Assembly: GCA_965217585.1 (NCBI GenBank)
Contig: OZ244561.1
Span: 4,288,001 to 4,352,000 of the forward strand
DNA from: Candidatus Latescibacterota bacterium
GTDB taxonomy: Bacteria; Latescibacterota; UBA2968; UBA8231
Direction: 5' to 3'
Length of the DNA stretch: 64,000 nt
The notes under the pieces were generated by a model. It was not told the origin of the DNA. It saw nothing but the letters and a program-made list of their open reading frames with translations, and did not search any database. Positions 1-9,678 of this stretch are shown here, piece after piece (position 1 is the stretch's first letter; each line of letters begins with the position of its first letter). Position numbers and translations under genes: made by a program.

Positions 1-1451
1 GCAGGTATGAACTGCGGGAAGTTGAGCAGCAGCCCCATGAATTCGAGCTCGTGGCGCGGCGGGTCGGGCGCGGCTGTCGAGGACGGCTCGGCGAGCGTCT
101 TGCGCGGCCGTTGGGGACGGCGCATGGAGGCTTGCAGGTCGTGGCGCAGGGATTGCTCATCAACTGAGAGGCTTTGGGCGACTTCGCGCAGGAGCAGGTC
201 GCGGAAGACCGCATCTTGGGGTTTGTTCAGCTTGGCTATGAGCGGTTTGAACGTTTCGACGGCGCGGACCTTGCCTTCGACGCTGGAGAGATCGTGCCTC
301 TGGGCGAGTTGTTCAAGGCAGAAATTGAGGGCCGGCTGGGGGTTTTCAATCTGCTTTATCAGCGCGTCCGGGCCGTGCTGTTGCACGAAGCTGTCAGGAT
401 CGTACTCAGGGGGCAGCGAGACGACGCGGGTGTCTATGCGACTTCCTAGGACGGTGCTTAGGAAGCCGGTGCCTAGAAGAGCTTCGAAGGCTCGCGTGGC
501 AGCCGTGGAACCAGCCTCGTCGCCGTCGAAAAGCAGCACAACTCGGCGGGCAACGCGAGCCAACAGGCGGCCGTGGTCTTCGGTCAGGGCCGTGCCGGAG
601 GTGGCTGCCACATGCTGGATGCCGGCCTGCGCTAGGCTGAGCAAATCCATATAGCCTTCGACGACCAAGACGGTATCTTGGCGGCGGATGGCGTCGCGGG
701 CGGCGGACAGGCCGTAGAGCACTCGACCCTTGTGATAGATGGGCGTCTCGGGCGAGTTGAGGTACTTGGGCTCTTGGTCGGGCTGGAGTGCGCGCGCGCC
801 GAAGGCTATGGTCCGATTGGAGAGATTGGCAATGGGAAAGGCGATCCGGTCGCGGAAGCGGTCGTAGTGACCGCTGCCTGTGGAGCGCGGCAGAGCCAAC
901 CCCGCCCGCTCCAAGATCTGGGGATTCAAGCCTCGGCGACCGGCTACTTTGAGCAAGGCGTCCCACTCCGGCGGCGCGTAGCCCAAGCCGAAACGCTCGA
1001 TGGTTTCGCCTGTGAGGCCGCGGGTCTGTAGATACGTGCGGGCACTAGTGCCGACATCGTCGTTAAGCAACAGATGGTGAAAGTACTTTCGTGCTAGGTC
1101 GTTAGCCCGGTAGAGCTCGTCGGCGGCCGCGTCCTCCTCGCGCGATGGCCCCGAACGCTCGGGCAGGGCGACGCCGGTGCGCTCGGCGAGGAATTTGACC
1201 GCTTCGATAAAGGTGACTCGATCGATCTCTTGGATGAACTTGAAGACATCTCCGCCGACGCCACAGCCGAAGCAGTGGTAGAATTGGCGGTCGGGATCGA
1301 CGCTGAAAGAGGGGGATTTTTCGTCGTGAAAAGGGCAGAGGCCGGAGTAGTTGCGACCCTTTTTGACGAGCTGGACGTGTTCGGAGACCAAGTCGACAAT
1401 GTCGGTGGCGTCGCGGATGCGTTGGAGGATGTCTTCAGGGACGAGTGGCAT
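1..1451 (-). CDS. dnaG: DNA primase (3' end outside the window)
   Basis: Manual translation from ATG 1451: MPLVPEDILQRIRDATDIVDLVSEHV..GLCPFHDEKSPSF..YHCFGCGVGGDVF (CHC2 zinc finger), KYLNSPETPIYHKG, VVEGYMD, FDGDEAG (TOPRIM). Not in the ORF track because it runs off the edge. Confidence 0.96.
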   Translation of the reverse strand, partial: MPLVPEDILQRIRDATDIVDLVSEHVQLVKKGRNYSGLCPFHDEKSPSFSVDPDRQFYHCFGCGVGGDVFKFIQEIDRVTFIEAVKFLAERTGVALPERSGPSREEDAAADELYRANDLARKYFHHLLLNDDVGTSARTYLQTRGLTGETIERFGLGYAPPEWDALLKVAGRRGLNPQILERAGLALPRSTGSGHYDRFRDRIAFPIANLSNRTIAFGARALQPDQEPKYLNSPETPIYHKGRVLYGLSAARDAIRRQDTVLVVEGYMDLLSLAQAGIQHVAATSGTALTEDHGRLLARVARRVVLLFDGDEAGSTAATRAFEALLGTGFLSTVLGSRIDTRVVSLPPEYDPDSFVQQHGPDALIKQIENPQPALNFCLEQLAQRHDLSSVEGKVRAVETFKPLIAKLNKPQDAVFRDLLLREVAQSLSVDEQSLRHDLQASMRRPQRPRKTLAEPSSTAAPDPPRHELEFMGLLLNFPQFIP

Positions 1452-1668
1452 TGCTAGCAGTGGGCTTTTTATCTATATTAACAGCGCCATTGAGCAAAAT
1501 ATGGCGGCCCATTAACCGGGTCAAGAAAGTTAATTAGCGACGCTAATTTGCGTTAATTCCTTGAGTTTACAGCAAACAGTTGGTATTATTGATAAGTGCT
1601 TATTCATGGCCTATACTGGGGCCAAATCAGAATTTGACCCATTGAGCATTAAGAGGAGGATATCAGAT

Positions 1669-2334
1669 ATGTCGAAAGGCATAAAAGGAGCTATCGCGAG
1701 TTTGGCCTTGTTGGGACTCAGTGTTTTTCTGTGCGCGAGTCCGGCTGCAGCGCAGTTGGCGGTCTCTGGGGCTGCGGCGGATACAGACGATCGTGCACCC
1801 AGTCCTGTCGGCGGAGTACAGGCTGAGTTCAACGAAGGTGGAAGGAGCATCACTGTCTCTTGGACCTTGTCCGGCGACGATGTCGTGCGCCAGTCCCCGA
1901 CGAGTAGCGACTTTACGTCGGGTGGCACCTTTATCAACGTCAACGATGTGGCTGGTTACAATATATGGCGTCGTCCCGCCGATAACCCTGAAGGCAGCTT
2001 GGCAATAGTCGGCACTGCTGGTGCCGGGGGGACGGCCTTAGTTGATGCCTCGATCAACGTGAGCGCGGGGAGCAGGCGGTATTTCTATCTGGTCTCGGTC
2101 GTCGATGCTAGCGGCAACGAGAGCGCTCCCATCGAGTCTGACGAAGTCAAGAACATGTTGCTCCTCGGCGACTTTGACTACGATGGCGATGTGGACCTTT
2201 TAGACTACGGAATTTTTCAAGTCAACTTCGGCCAAGCCGATTTCGATCCAGCCACAGATATCGACGGCAACGGCGTGGTTGATCTTGAGGACTTTTTCCT
2301 TTGGGCCGACAACCTCGGTGCCGATTTGTACTAG
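1669..2334 (+). CDS. Secreted protein: Fn3-like domain plus C-terminal dockerin-like double EF-hand
   Basis: RBS GAGGAGG before ATG 1669; signal peptide ending AAA-Q; WTLS..GYNIWR..YFYLVSVVDASGNES; tail GDFDYDGDVDLLDY..DIDGNGVVDLEDFFLWADNLG. Confidence 0.75.
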   Translation: MSKGIKGAIASLALLGLSVFLCASPAAAQLAVSGAAADTDDRAPSPVGGVQAEFNEGGRSITVSWTLSGDDVVRQSPTSSDFTSGGTFINVNDVAGYNIWRRPADNPEGSLAIVGTAGAGGTALVDASINVSAGSRRYFYLVSVVDASGNESAPIESDEVKNMLLLGDFDYDGDVDLLDYGIFQVNFGQADFDPATDIDGNGVVDLEDFFLWADNLGADLY

Positions 2335-2388
2335 GTGCCGGCCTCAATATATCTATGTATTCCATCCTTTCAAAAGGAGTATAGTTCG

Positions 2389-3078
2389 ATGAAAGAGTAT
2401 ATCCGCATCGTCGCGCTAGCCGTTTTTTGCGCTGCTCCCGCGGCCGCTCAGTTGACCACCTCTGGGCCCGTAGCTTCCGTCGATAATATTCCTCCTGCAC
2501 CTGTGACCAATCTGCAAGCGCTCGCCACAGTCGGTGATGATCCATCCGTGTCGCTCACTTGGACGCTATCAACAGATGACGCTCGTTCGTTTACGACCTT
2601 TGGTGACCAGGTGGTGCCCACGGGCGACGTACACGGCTATCGCGTGTACCGTACGGATTTCTTTTTCCCCGTGGATGATAGCGGCGAGATAGTGCTTGGT
2701 TGGTTTACCCGTGAGGGGGACAGAGTTGACTTCGACGACTTCTTCCTCTTAGCCGATCGCTTCGGCACTTCTGACGCCGATGCGGGTTTTGAGTTGTTAT
2801 TCGACATAGTGCCCAATGGCCAAATTGATGTCGATGATTTTCTTCGTTTCGCCGATGATTTCGGCAAGGCCGTAACTCAGGAACAGGGCAGTGAAAAGTT
2901 GATCGCCACGCTGGGGCCGGGCATCTCCGAATTTGTCGACGATGATATCGTCAATGGGGCTTCCTATGTCTATGACGTAAGAGCCTTTGACGGAGACAAC
3001 GAAACTGGCGTTGTCGCAGAGGTTGCTTCCAATGAAGATATAGCCCGGACGGCGATGGTTGTCAGCGCCGATCAATAA
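2389..3078 (+). CDS. Secreted paralog of the preceding gene, with the dockerin-like module internal
   Basis: RBS AAGGAG; signal peptide AAA-QL; WTLSTDD..GYRVYR; VDFDDFFLLADRFG..NGQIDVDDFLRFADDFG; YVYDVRAFDGDNET. Confidence 0.75.
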   Translation: MKEYIRIVALAVFCAAPAAAQLTTSGPVASVDNIPPAPVTNLQALATVGDDPSVSLTWTLSTDDARSFTTFGDQVVPTGDVHGYRVYRTDFFFPVDDSGEIVLGWFTREGDRVDFDDFFLLADRFGTSDADAGFELLFDIVPNGQIDVDDFLRFADDFGKAVTQEQGSEKLIATLGPGISEFVDDDIVNGASYVYDVRAFDGDNETGVVAEVASNEDIARTAMVVSADQ

Positions 3079-3101
3079 GGGCGTACGCGAAGCCGCAGAG
3101 G

Positions 3102-3140
3102 ATAGGACGCCCACTCGACGAGCGAGCGTCCTATTTTTTT
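3102..3140 (+). terminator. Intrinsic terminator
   Basis: ATAGGACGC..GCGTCCTAT stem followed by a T tract. Confidence 0.75.
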
Positions 3141-3152
3141 GCAGTACACGTC

Positions 3153-3181
3153 TTGACAAACAAAGATGTTCTCTGTATTCT
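3153..3181 (+). promoter_or_regulatory. sigma70-type promoter for rho
   Basis: TTGACA-17 nt-TATTCT. Confidence 0.7.
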
Positions 3182-3462
3182 TTAATCTCTTTCGCACCTC
3201 TCTTTTCCAAGCAAATACCTCAGCGGTTTATTCCGCTTGAAATTCCACTCTCCCTTTAGATATTCTTCGCGATAGACTTCCTGTAGCGATTAAAGAATTT
3301 TGCCAAGGTACGGCATACCCTAGGTTTTAGTGTCTCAGCGGTACTACCGCTTTTAACAATCCAATCCTCGCAATAGCCCTAGGTGCTTCTAGTGCCGCAT
3401 CGCGCCTGAATATCCGCTTCGAGTTCCTGCACTTTAACCGCAAGAAAGGTCGCAAGGAAGAG

Positions 3463-4737
3463 ATGCCGCCTGTCAATAGAACGCAGAAAATGAATATTGT
3501 CGAACTCCAGCGCATGAACATCTTGGATCTCCAAGAGCTGGCCAAGAAATTGGAAGTTGTAGATTGCACCTCTTTGCGCAAGCAAGAGTTGATCTTTTCC
3601 ATCCTCAAGCACCAGACTGAGCGCAGTGGGCTGATTTTTGCCCAAGGCACTTTGGAGGTGCTGGAAGAGGGATTCGGCTTTCTCCGCTCGCCGAGCTATA
3701 ACTACTTGCCTGGCCCCGACGACATTTACGTTTCCCACTCGCAGATTAAGCGATTCAGTCTGCGCACGGGAGACACGATCTCCGGTCAGATCCGCCCGCC
3801 GAAAAACGACGAGAAGTACTTTGCACTGCTGCGAGTCGAGGCAATCAACTTCGACGATCCAGAAGTCACCAAGACGAAGACGATCTTCGAAAACCTGACG
3901 GCCTTGCATCCCACGGATCGCTTCAAGTTAGAGCACAATCCCAAGGACATGACGACGCGGATTCTCGACTTGCTCTCGCCCATTGGCAAGGGGCAGCGCG
4001 GCCTAATCGTCGCGCCGCCCTTCACCGGCAAAACCATGCTCCTGCAAAAGGTCGCCAACGCCATTACCACCAATCACCCTGAAGCGATTCTCATCGTCTT
4101 GCTCATCGACGAGCGCCCCGAAGAAGTCACCGATATGCTGCGTTCGGTCCAGGGCGAAGTCGTCAGTTCGACCTTTGATGAGTCGGCTACGCGGCACGTG
4201 CAGGTGGCGGATATGGTGATCGAGAAGGCTCGGCGCCTAGTCGAGCACAAGCGGGATGTGGTCGTCCTGCTCGACAGCATCACGCGTTTGGCGCGGGCCT
4301 ACAATACGGTGACGCCGCATTCGGGCCGGATTCTCACCGGCGGCGTTGACTCGACGGCTTTGCAGTGGCCGCGCCGCTTTTTCGCCGCCGCTCGCAATCT
4401 TGAAGAAGGCGGCAGCCTGACGATTATCGCCACGGCCTTGGTCGAGACCGGGAGTCGCATGGACGAAGTGATCTTTGAAGAATTCAAAGGCACGGGCAAT
4501 ATGCAGGTGCAGCTAGACCGCCGGCTGAGCAACCGCCGCGTCTATCCGGCCGTTGACGTGACAGCGACTAGCACCCGCAAAGAAGAGCTACTGCTCACGG
4601 AGTTTGAATTGAACCGCTCGTGGGTACTGCGCCGCATACTCAATCAGATGGGAGTCATTGAGGGCATGGAGTTCCTTCAAGAGCGCATGCAGGGCACGGA
4701 ATCCAACGAGGAATTCCTCAAGGCCATGAACGACTAG
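3463..4737 (+). CDS. rho: Transcription termination factor Rho
   Basis: [73 protein letters not shown]. The start may be 3490. Confidence 0.98.
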   Translation: MPPVNRTQKMNIVELQRMNILDLQELAKKLEVVDCTSLRKQELIFSILKHQTERSGLIFAQGTLEVLEEGFGFLRSPSYNYLPGPDDIYVSHSQIKRFSLRTGDTISGQIRPPKNDEKYFALLRVEAINFDDPEVTKTKTIFENLTALHPTDRFKLEHNPKDMTTRILDLLSPIGKGQRGLIVAPPFTGKTMLLQKVANAITTNHPEAILIVLLIDERPEEVTDMLRSVQGEVVSSTFDESATRHVQVADMVIEKARRLVEHKRDVVVLLDSITRLARAYNTVTPHSGRILTGGVDSTALQWPRRFFAAARNLEEGGSLTIIATALVETGSRMDEVIFEEFKGTGNMQVQLDRRLSNRRVYPAVDVTATSTRKEELLLTEFELNRSWVLRRILNQMGVIEGMEFLQERMQGTESNEEFLKAMND

Positions 4738-4822
4738 TCGCCTTGTTTTTTGAGCTTCAAGCTTCTATTTTTATTAACTCGGTAGCCGAGTTTCACCGCC
4801 AAGAAAACAGAGGAGTGTAAAG

Positions 4823-5080
4823 GTGCAAAAAGACATGCATCCCCCGTACCAAACGGTTATCTTTCTCGACACTAGCTGTGACTATAAGGTACTGTCGCGT
4901 TCGACGATGAAGTCCGAAGAGACGATGGAGTGGGAAGACGGGAATTCCTATCCGGTGATTCGGGTCGAAATCAGTTCGGCTTCGCATCCTTTCTACACAG
5001 GCAAGCGCCAGCAGATCATGGATCGAGGTGGGCGCATCGATCAGTTCAATCGCCGCTACGGCACAAGCGCGCAAGCCTAG
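4823..5080 (+). CDS. rpmE: 50S ribosomal protein L31, type B (long form, no CxxC pairs)
   Basis: [34 protein letters not shown]; RBS AGGAG. Confidence 0.95.
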   Translation: MQKDMHPPYQTVIFLDTSCDYKVLSRSTMKSEETMEWEDGNSYPVIRVEISSASHPFYTGKRQQIMDRGGRIDQFNRRYGTSAQA

Positions 5081-5095
5081 CGATTCACTCCGTGC

Positions 5096-5143
5096 GAAGA
5101 GGTGGTAGGACGCCCTCCTGAGGGCGGTCGTATCGCCTTTTTC
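5096..5143 (+). terminator. Probable terminator after rpmE
   Basis: CGCCCTC-CT-GAGGGCG core within a longer imperfect stem, then TTTTT. Confidence 0.5.
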
Positions 5144-5157
5144 GTGTACGCGAATCC

Positions 5158-6105
5158 ATGGACAGAGAGCAACTCACACAAGATCTACCGGTCGGCGGCC
5201 AAGCCGTCATCGAAGGAGTGATGATGCGCGTGCCCGGCAAGATCGTCACCGCGGTGCGGGCGGCTGACCGCCAGATCGTAGTGCGTGAGGAAGCGTACGA
5301 TCCCCTAGCGCAGCGCTATCGCCTATTGGGCCTGCCCGTATTGCGCGGTGCCCTCTCTTTTTTTGAAATGATGCTCATTGGGCTGAAGGCCCTCAATTTC
5401 TCAGCCGATGTCGCAAGGCAAGGAGAGGAGGAGGTCGAGCAGCGGGAGGAGGGTTGGCGGGAGCAATTGGCCTTGTGGGCGACGATGATCTTTTCCGTGG
5501 GACTGGGCGTGGGCCTATTCTTCTTCTTGCCGCTGCTAGCTGCCCAGCTCTTCGGCTTGCAGGAGAACGCCCTCGAATTCAACCTAGTGGCCGGTGCCGT
5601 GCGGGCGACGCTTTTGCTTCTCTACCTTTGGGCGATAAGCCAGTGGCGCGAAATCCAGCGAGTTTTTCAATACCACGGGGCCGAGCACAAAAGCATTTTC
5701 ACCTTAGAGGCCGGTGCCGAGCTGACGGTGGCAACGGCGCGGGGCTTCGGCCGGCTGCATCCGCGCTGCGGAACCAGCTTCATGCTGATCGTAGTGCTCT
5801 TTGCGATCCTGATCTTCGCCTGCGTGGATTCGCTGTTCCCGATCGTCTTTGGGTACACGCAGAGCCTTTTTGAGCGCTTTGCCACCCATTTTGCGGTGCT
5901 GCCCTTTATCGCGGGGACGAGCTTTGAGTTGCTCAAGCTCTCGGGCAAGAAGCGCAATGCCCCGCTGATCCGGTTGCTGAGTGCCCCGGGGCTGTGGTTG
6001 CAGCGAATAACGACCCGCGAGCCGGATGACGACCAGCTAGAGGTCGCCCTGTTCGCGCTGCGTTGCGCCCTAGATGAAGAAGTCGAGGCCAACACGTCGT
6101 GTTAG
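5158..6105 (+). CDS. DUF1385 membrane protein (YqhQ-like)
   Basis: GGQAVIEGVMMR, FQYHGAEHK, HPRCGTSF, GLWLQRITTREPDD; usual position upstream of prfA. Confidence 0.92.
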   Translation: MDREQLTQDLPVGGQAVIEGVMMRVPGKIVTAVRAADRQIVVREEAYDPLAQRYRLLGLPVLRGALSFFEMMLIGLKALNFSADVARQGEEEVEQREEGWREQLALWATMIFSVGLGVGLFFFLPLLAAQLFGLQENALEFNLVAGAVRATLLLLYLWAISQWREIQRVFQYHGAEHKSIFTLEAGAELTVATARGFGRLHPRCGTSFMLIVVLFAILIFACVDSLFPIVFGYTQSLFERFATHFAVLPFIAGTSFELLKLSGKKRNAPLIRLLSAPGLWLQRITTREPDDDQLEVALFALRCALDEEVEANTSC

Positions 6106-7166
6106 ATAAATTGAATGAATACGGGCAGCGCTACGAGGAGCTAGGCGCGCTTATGGCCGACCCGGCCATAAGCCAAAACCCGACTCAGTACCAGAAGCTG
6201 GCGCGGGAGATGGGCGACTTGCAGGAAGTGGTGGATTTAGCGGGCCAGTACCGCGCCGCACGCACACAGCTCGCAGAGGCCGAGGAAATCATCGCCGATG
6301 GCAGCGATGCAGAGCTAGTCGAGTTGGCCGCAGCCGAACGCGACCAACTACGGGGAAAAGTGGTGCAGCTAGAAGAAGCACTCAAAGTGCTGCTGATTCC
6401 CAAAGACCCCAATGACAGCCGCAACGCCATCGTCGAGATCCGCGCCGGCACCGGCGGCGACGAAGCCGGGCTTTTCGCCAGCGATCTATGCCGCATGTAC
6501 CACCGCTTCGCCGAGCGCAAGGGCTTGAAAACCGAGGAGCTTTCCTCCAGTCAGAATCCGGCCGGCGGCTTTAAGGAGGTGGTGTTCGTGGTCTCGGGCG
6601 CGGACGCCTTCGGCCAGCTCAAGTTCGAGAGCGGGGTACACCGCGTGCAGCGGGTTCCCAAAACCGAGGCTTCGGGCCGGATTCACACGTCGGCGGCCTC
6701 GGTGGCGGTCTTGCCCGAAGCCGAGGAAGTGGAGGTGGCGATCGCTCCCGAGGATTTGAAAATCGAGGTGTACCGCTCCAGTGGGCCTGGCGGCCAGAGC
6801 GTCAACACCACGGATTCGGCCGTGAAAATCACCCATATCCCAATGGGCATTATCGTCTCCTGTCAAGACGAGAAGTCGCAGCTAAAGAACAAGAACAAGG
6901 CATTGAAGGTCCTCCGTGCCCGGCTTTACGACAAATTACAGGCCGAGCAAAAGGCCGCCCGCGACGCCGCCCGCGCCGGCCAGATCGGCTCCGGCGACCG
7001 CAGCGCGAAAATTCGCACCTACAACTTCCCGCAGGGCCGGGTCACCGACCATCGCATCGGCTTGTCCCTCTATCGCCTAGAGGAAATCCTCGACGGTGAT
7101 TTTGAAAAATTCGTAGAGCAATTGGCCCTCGCATCTCAGCAGGACGCGCTAGCGGCAGATCTATGA
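6099..7166 (+). CDS. prfA: Peptide chain release factor 1
   Basis: EIRAGTGGDEA, HRVQRVPKTE (PxT), GPGGQSVN, IRTYNFPQGRVTDHR. Confidence 0.98.
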   Translation: MLDKLNEYGQRYEELGALMADPAISQNPTQYQKLAREMGDLQEVVDLAGQYRAARTQLAEAEEIIADGSDAELVELAAAERDQLRGKVVQLEEALKVLLIPKDPNDSRNAIVEIRAGTGGDEAGLFASDLCRMYHRFAERKGLKTEELSSSQNPAGGFKEVVFVVSGADAFGQLKFESGVHRVQRVPKTEASGRIHTSAASVAVLPEAEEVEVAIAPEDLKIEVYRSSGPGGQSVNTTDSAVKITHIPMGIIVSCQDEKSQLKNKNKALKVLRARLYDKLQAEQKAARDAARAGQIGSGDRSAKIRTYNFPQGRVTDHRIGLSLYRLEEILDGDFEKFVEQLALASQQDALAADL

Positions 7167-8035
7167 GCGGGCGCTCTTGGCGGCTGCTCGACATCCTCGA
7201 AAACACGAGTCGTTTCTTCGCGTCGAAGGGGTTGGAAAACGCCCGTCTACAAGCAGAGCTCCTGCTCGCCGCCGTGCTCGGTGTCAAACGCCTCGATCTC
7301 TACCTGCAATTTGAACGTCCCTTGCACCGCGGTGAAGTGGATCGCTACCGAGAATACGTGCGTCAGCGGTTGCAGCACGTGCCCGTGCAGTACATCACGG
7401 GCGTAGCCGCCTTTCGCCGTCTAGAGCTGGCCGTGACGCCCGCGGTGTTGATTCCGCGCCCCGAGACCGAGGTGCTCGTCGATGTGGCATTGGAGCTTTT
7501 GCCCGCAGGTGGCCGGGTCCTCGACCTGTGTTGCGGCTCAGGCGCAGTCGCCCTGTCGCTGGCCCAAGAGGCGGTAGCGGCCGAGGTAGTGGCAGCCGAC
7601 GTATCGGACGCTGCTTTAGAAGTAGCGAAGGCCAACGGCCAGTGCTGCGGGCTAGCAGAGCGTGTCGAGTGGCACTGTGGCGATCTTTTCACACCCCTTT
7701 GCGGCACCGAGCCTTTTGACCTCATCGTGGCCAACCCGCCGTATGTGCGCCGCAGCGACTTGGAGCAACTAGCGCCGGAAGTACGCGACCACGAGCCTCA
7801 TCTCGCGCTAGATGGGGGCGAGGACGGCTTGGCGTACTACCGCCGCATCGCGCAGGAAGCCGCTGACCTTATTCGCCCCAGAGGCTATCTACTTCTAGAG
7901 GTAGGAGACGGCCAGAGCGCGGCCGTGGCGGACCTACTTGCGCAGTCTGAACGCTTGGCTGAGGTTCAGATAAGACCGGACTTAAACCAAATGCCCCGAG
8001 TCGTTGTCGCGCGTACGGCTACTCAGGTGAGTTGA
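7163..8035 (+). CDS. prmC: Release factor glutamine methyltransferase
   Basis: VLIPRPETE, LDLCCGSG, NPPY, ALDGGEDGL; overlaps the prfA stop. Confidence 0.96.
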   Translation: MSGRSWRLLDILENTSRFFASKGLENARLQAELLLAAVLGVKRLDLYLQFERPLHRGEVDRYREYVRQRLQHVPVQYITGVAAFRRLELAVTPAVLIPRPETEVLVDVALELLPAGGRVLDLCCGSGAVALSLAQEAVAAEVVAADVSDAALEVAKANGQCCGLAERVEWHCGDLFTPLCGTEPFDLIVANPPYVRRSDLEQLAPEVRDHEPHLALDGGEDGLAYYRRIAQEAADLIRPRGYLLLEVGDGQSAAVADLLAQSERLAEVQIRPDLNQMPRVVVARTATQVS

Positions 8036-8040
8036 GGGCC

Positions 8041-9414
8041 ATGGCCAAAAAGAACCGTTCCGCTTACGTCTGTCAGTCCTGCGGTCACAGTGTCGCGCGC
8101 TGGTTTGGGCGCTGTGCGGCCTGCGGCGAATGGAACACTTGCGTCGAAGAGCGGCCCCAAGCACCCGATAGCCGACGCGAACATCTAACGGTGTCGCCCC
8201 GCGCCCAATTGCAGCCCATCACTCAAGTCGATGACCAAGACCACGAGCGGCTGCAAATCGGCATCTCCGAGTTCGACCGAGTCTTGGGCGGCGGCATCAT
8301 GCCCGGTTCGGTCGTCTTAGTCGGCGGCGATCCCGGCATCGGCAAATCGACGCTCCTGTTGCAGATGGCCGGACAGCTAGCGGCTTCTGATTTTCGCATC
8401 GCGTACATTTCCGCCGAGGAGTCGGCCGCGCAGATCCGCCTGCGCGCCGGGCGCTTGGGAGCGTTGTGCGAAAGCCTGCACGTGATGGCCGAGACCAGTC
8501 TCGCGGCCATTCTCGACCAGTTGCGATCCGCTAGCCCGCTGGCTGTCGTCATCGACTCGATCCAGACCATTTACATGCCCGAGTTGGAGAGCGCGCCCGG
8601 CAGCGTGACCCAAGTGCGCGAGTGCGCTGCGCGGCTCGTCTATTTGGCCAAAGAGAGCGGCATTCCCACGTTTTTGGTAGGGCATGTGACGAAAGAGGGT
8701 ACGGTCGCCGGGCCACGGGTGCTGGAGCACTTAGTCGATACCGTACTCTATTTAGAAGGCGAGCGGCACCATCATTTCCGCATCCTTCGCGCCGCCAAAA
8801 ATCGCTTTGGTTCAACCAACGAGATCGGCATTTTTGAGATGCGGGACCAGGGGCTAATCGAGGTCTCCAATCCCTCCAAGTTTCTGCTGGCCGAGCGCGC
8901 CGAAGGCGTGTCGGGTTCGGCCATCGTCTGTAGCATGGAGGGCACCCGACCGCTCTTGATCGAAATTCAGGCCCTCGTCTCGCGCTCTAGTTTTGGCTAT
9001 CCGCAGCGGGTCGCGACCGGCATAGACACCAAGCGGCTCTCGATTATTATCGCGGTGCTCGAAAAGCGCTGCGGCCACGACCTATCGGGCGAGGACATTT
9101 TCGTCAATGTCGTAGGGGGTATTCGCCTCGACGAGCCGGCGGTGGATATGGGGGTGGGGCTGGCGATTGTCTCGAGCTTCCGCAACAAGCCCATTGACGC
9201 GAAGACCGCGGCTATTGGCGAGATCGGGTTGGGGGGGGAAATCCGGCCGGTGAACCAGATTGACCGGCGGGTGGCCGAGGCGCGGAGTTTGGGGTTTGAG
9301 CAGTGTTTGGTGGCACGGAGCAACTTGCAGGGTTGGAAGCGGCCGGAGGGGATGGAGGTGGTTGGGGTGGGGGGGATGGAGGCGGTCGAAGCGCTCGCAT
9401 TTGGCCCAAGCTAG
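8041..9414 (+). CDS. radA: DNA repair protein RadA/Sms
   Basis: CQSCG..CAACG zinc finger, GGDPGIGKST, KNRFG, Lon-like C-terminal domain. Confidence 0.97.
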   Translation: MAKKNRSAYVCQSCGHSVARWFGRCAACGEWNTCVEERPQAPDSRREHLTVSPRAQLQPITQVDDQDHERLQIGISEFDRVLGGGIMPGSVVLVGGDPGIGKSTLLLQMAGQLAASDFRIAYISAEESAAQIRLRAGRLGALCESLHVMAETSLAAILDQLRSASPLAVVIDSIQTIYMPELESAPGSVTQVRECAARLVYLAKESGIPTFLVGHVTKEGTVAGPRVLEHLVDTVLYLEGERHHHFRILRAAKNRFGSTNEIGIFEMRDQGLIEVSNPSKFLLAERAEGVSGSAIVCSMEGTRPLLIEIQALVSRSSFGYPQRVATGIDTKRLSIIIAVLEKRCGHDLSGEDIFVNVVGGIRLDEPAVDMGVGLAIVSSFRNKPIDAKTAAIGEIGLGGEIRPVNQIDRRVAEARSLGFEQCLVARSNLQGWKRPEGMEVVGVGGMEAVEALAFGPS

Positions 9415-9586
9415 CTCCTTTTCTTCACAGCGCTGTTTCTCGCAGTTCCCAATTGTTCGCTTTTCGCAGAACCCTTCTCTTTTTCTAACATATTATTAAA
9501 CAATAAATTGCGCGTATTATTACCGTTTGGCACGGCATTTGTTATAAGTGGGTAGAGCAGCTTAATACGCTTCAATTAAAAAATGC

Positions 9587-9636
9587 TTGACACCTGAACA
9601 TTGATTCACTATCTTTTTGTTCAGGTTATTCAGGTG
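9587..9636 (+). promoter_or_regulatory. recA promoter with overlapping operator-like repeats
   Basis: TTGACA(9587)-17-TATCTT(9610); GAAC-ATTG-ATTC in the spacer; inverted repeat ACCTGAACA(9592-9600)/TGTTCAGGT(9618-9626). Confidence 0.7.
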
Positions 9637-9678
9637 GCGGTGTAATAGACATCTCATAGGACACGCGAGGAGGAAATC

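Noticed and set aside
7-1457. Plus-strand ORFs at the left edge
   Set aside because: Antisense shadows of dnaG.
4823-5080. Zn-free L31 as a Zur-regulated paralog
   Set aside because: It sits in the canonical rho-rpmE-prfA context with no Zur-like box seen; probably the housekeeping copy.
9230-9400. G-rich tract at the radA 3' end, and the C-rich tract at 34880-35170
   Set aside because: Explained by Gly/Val/Trp-rich coding; frames are intact and there is no evidence of phase variation.
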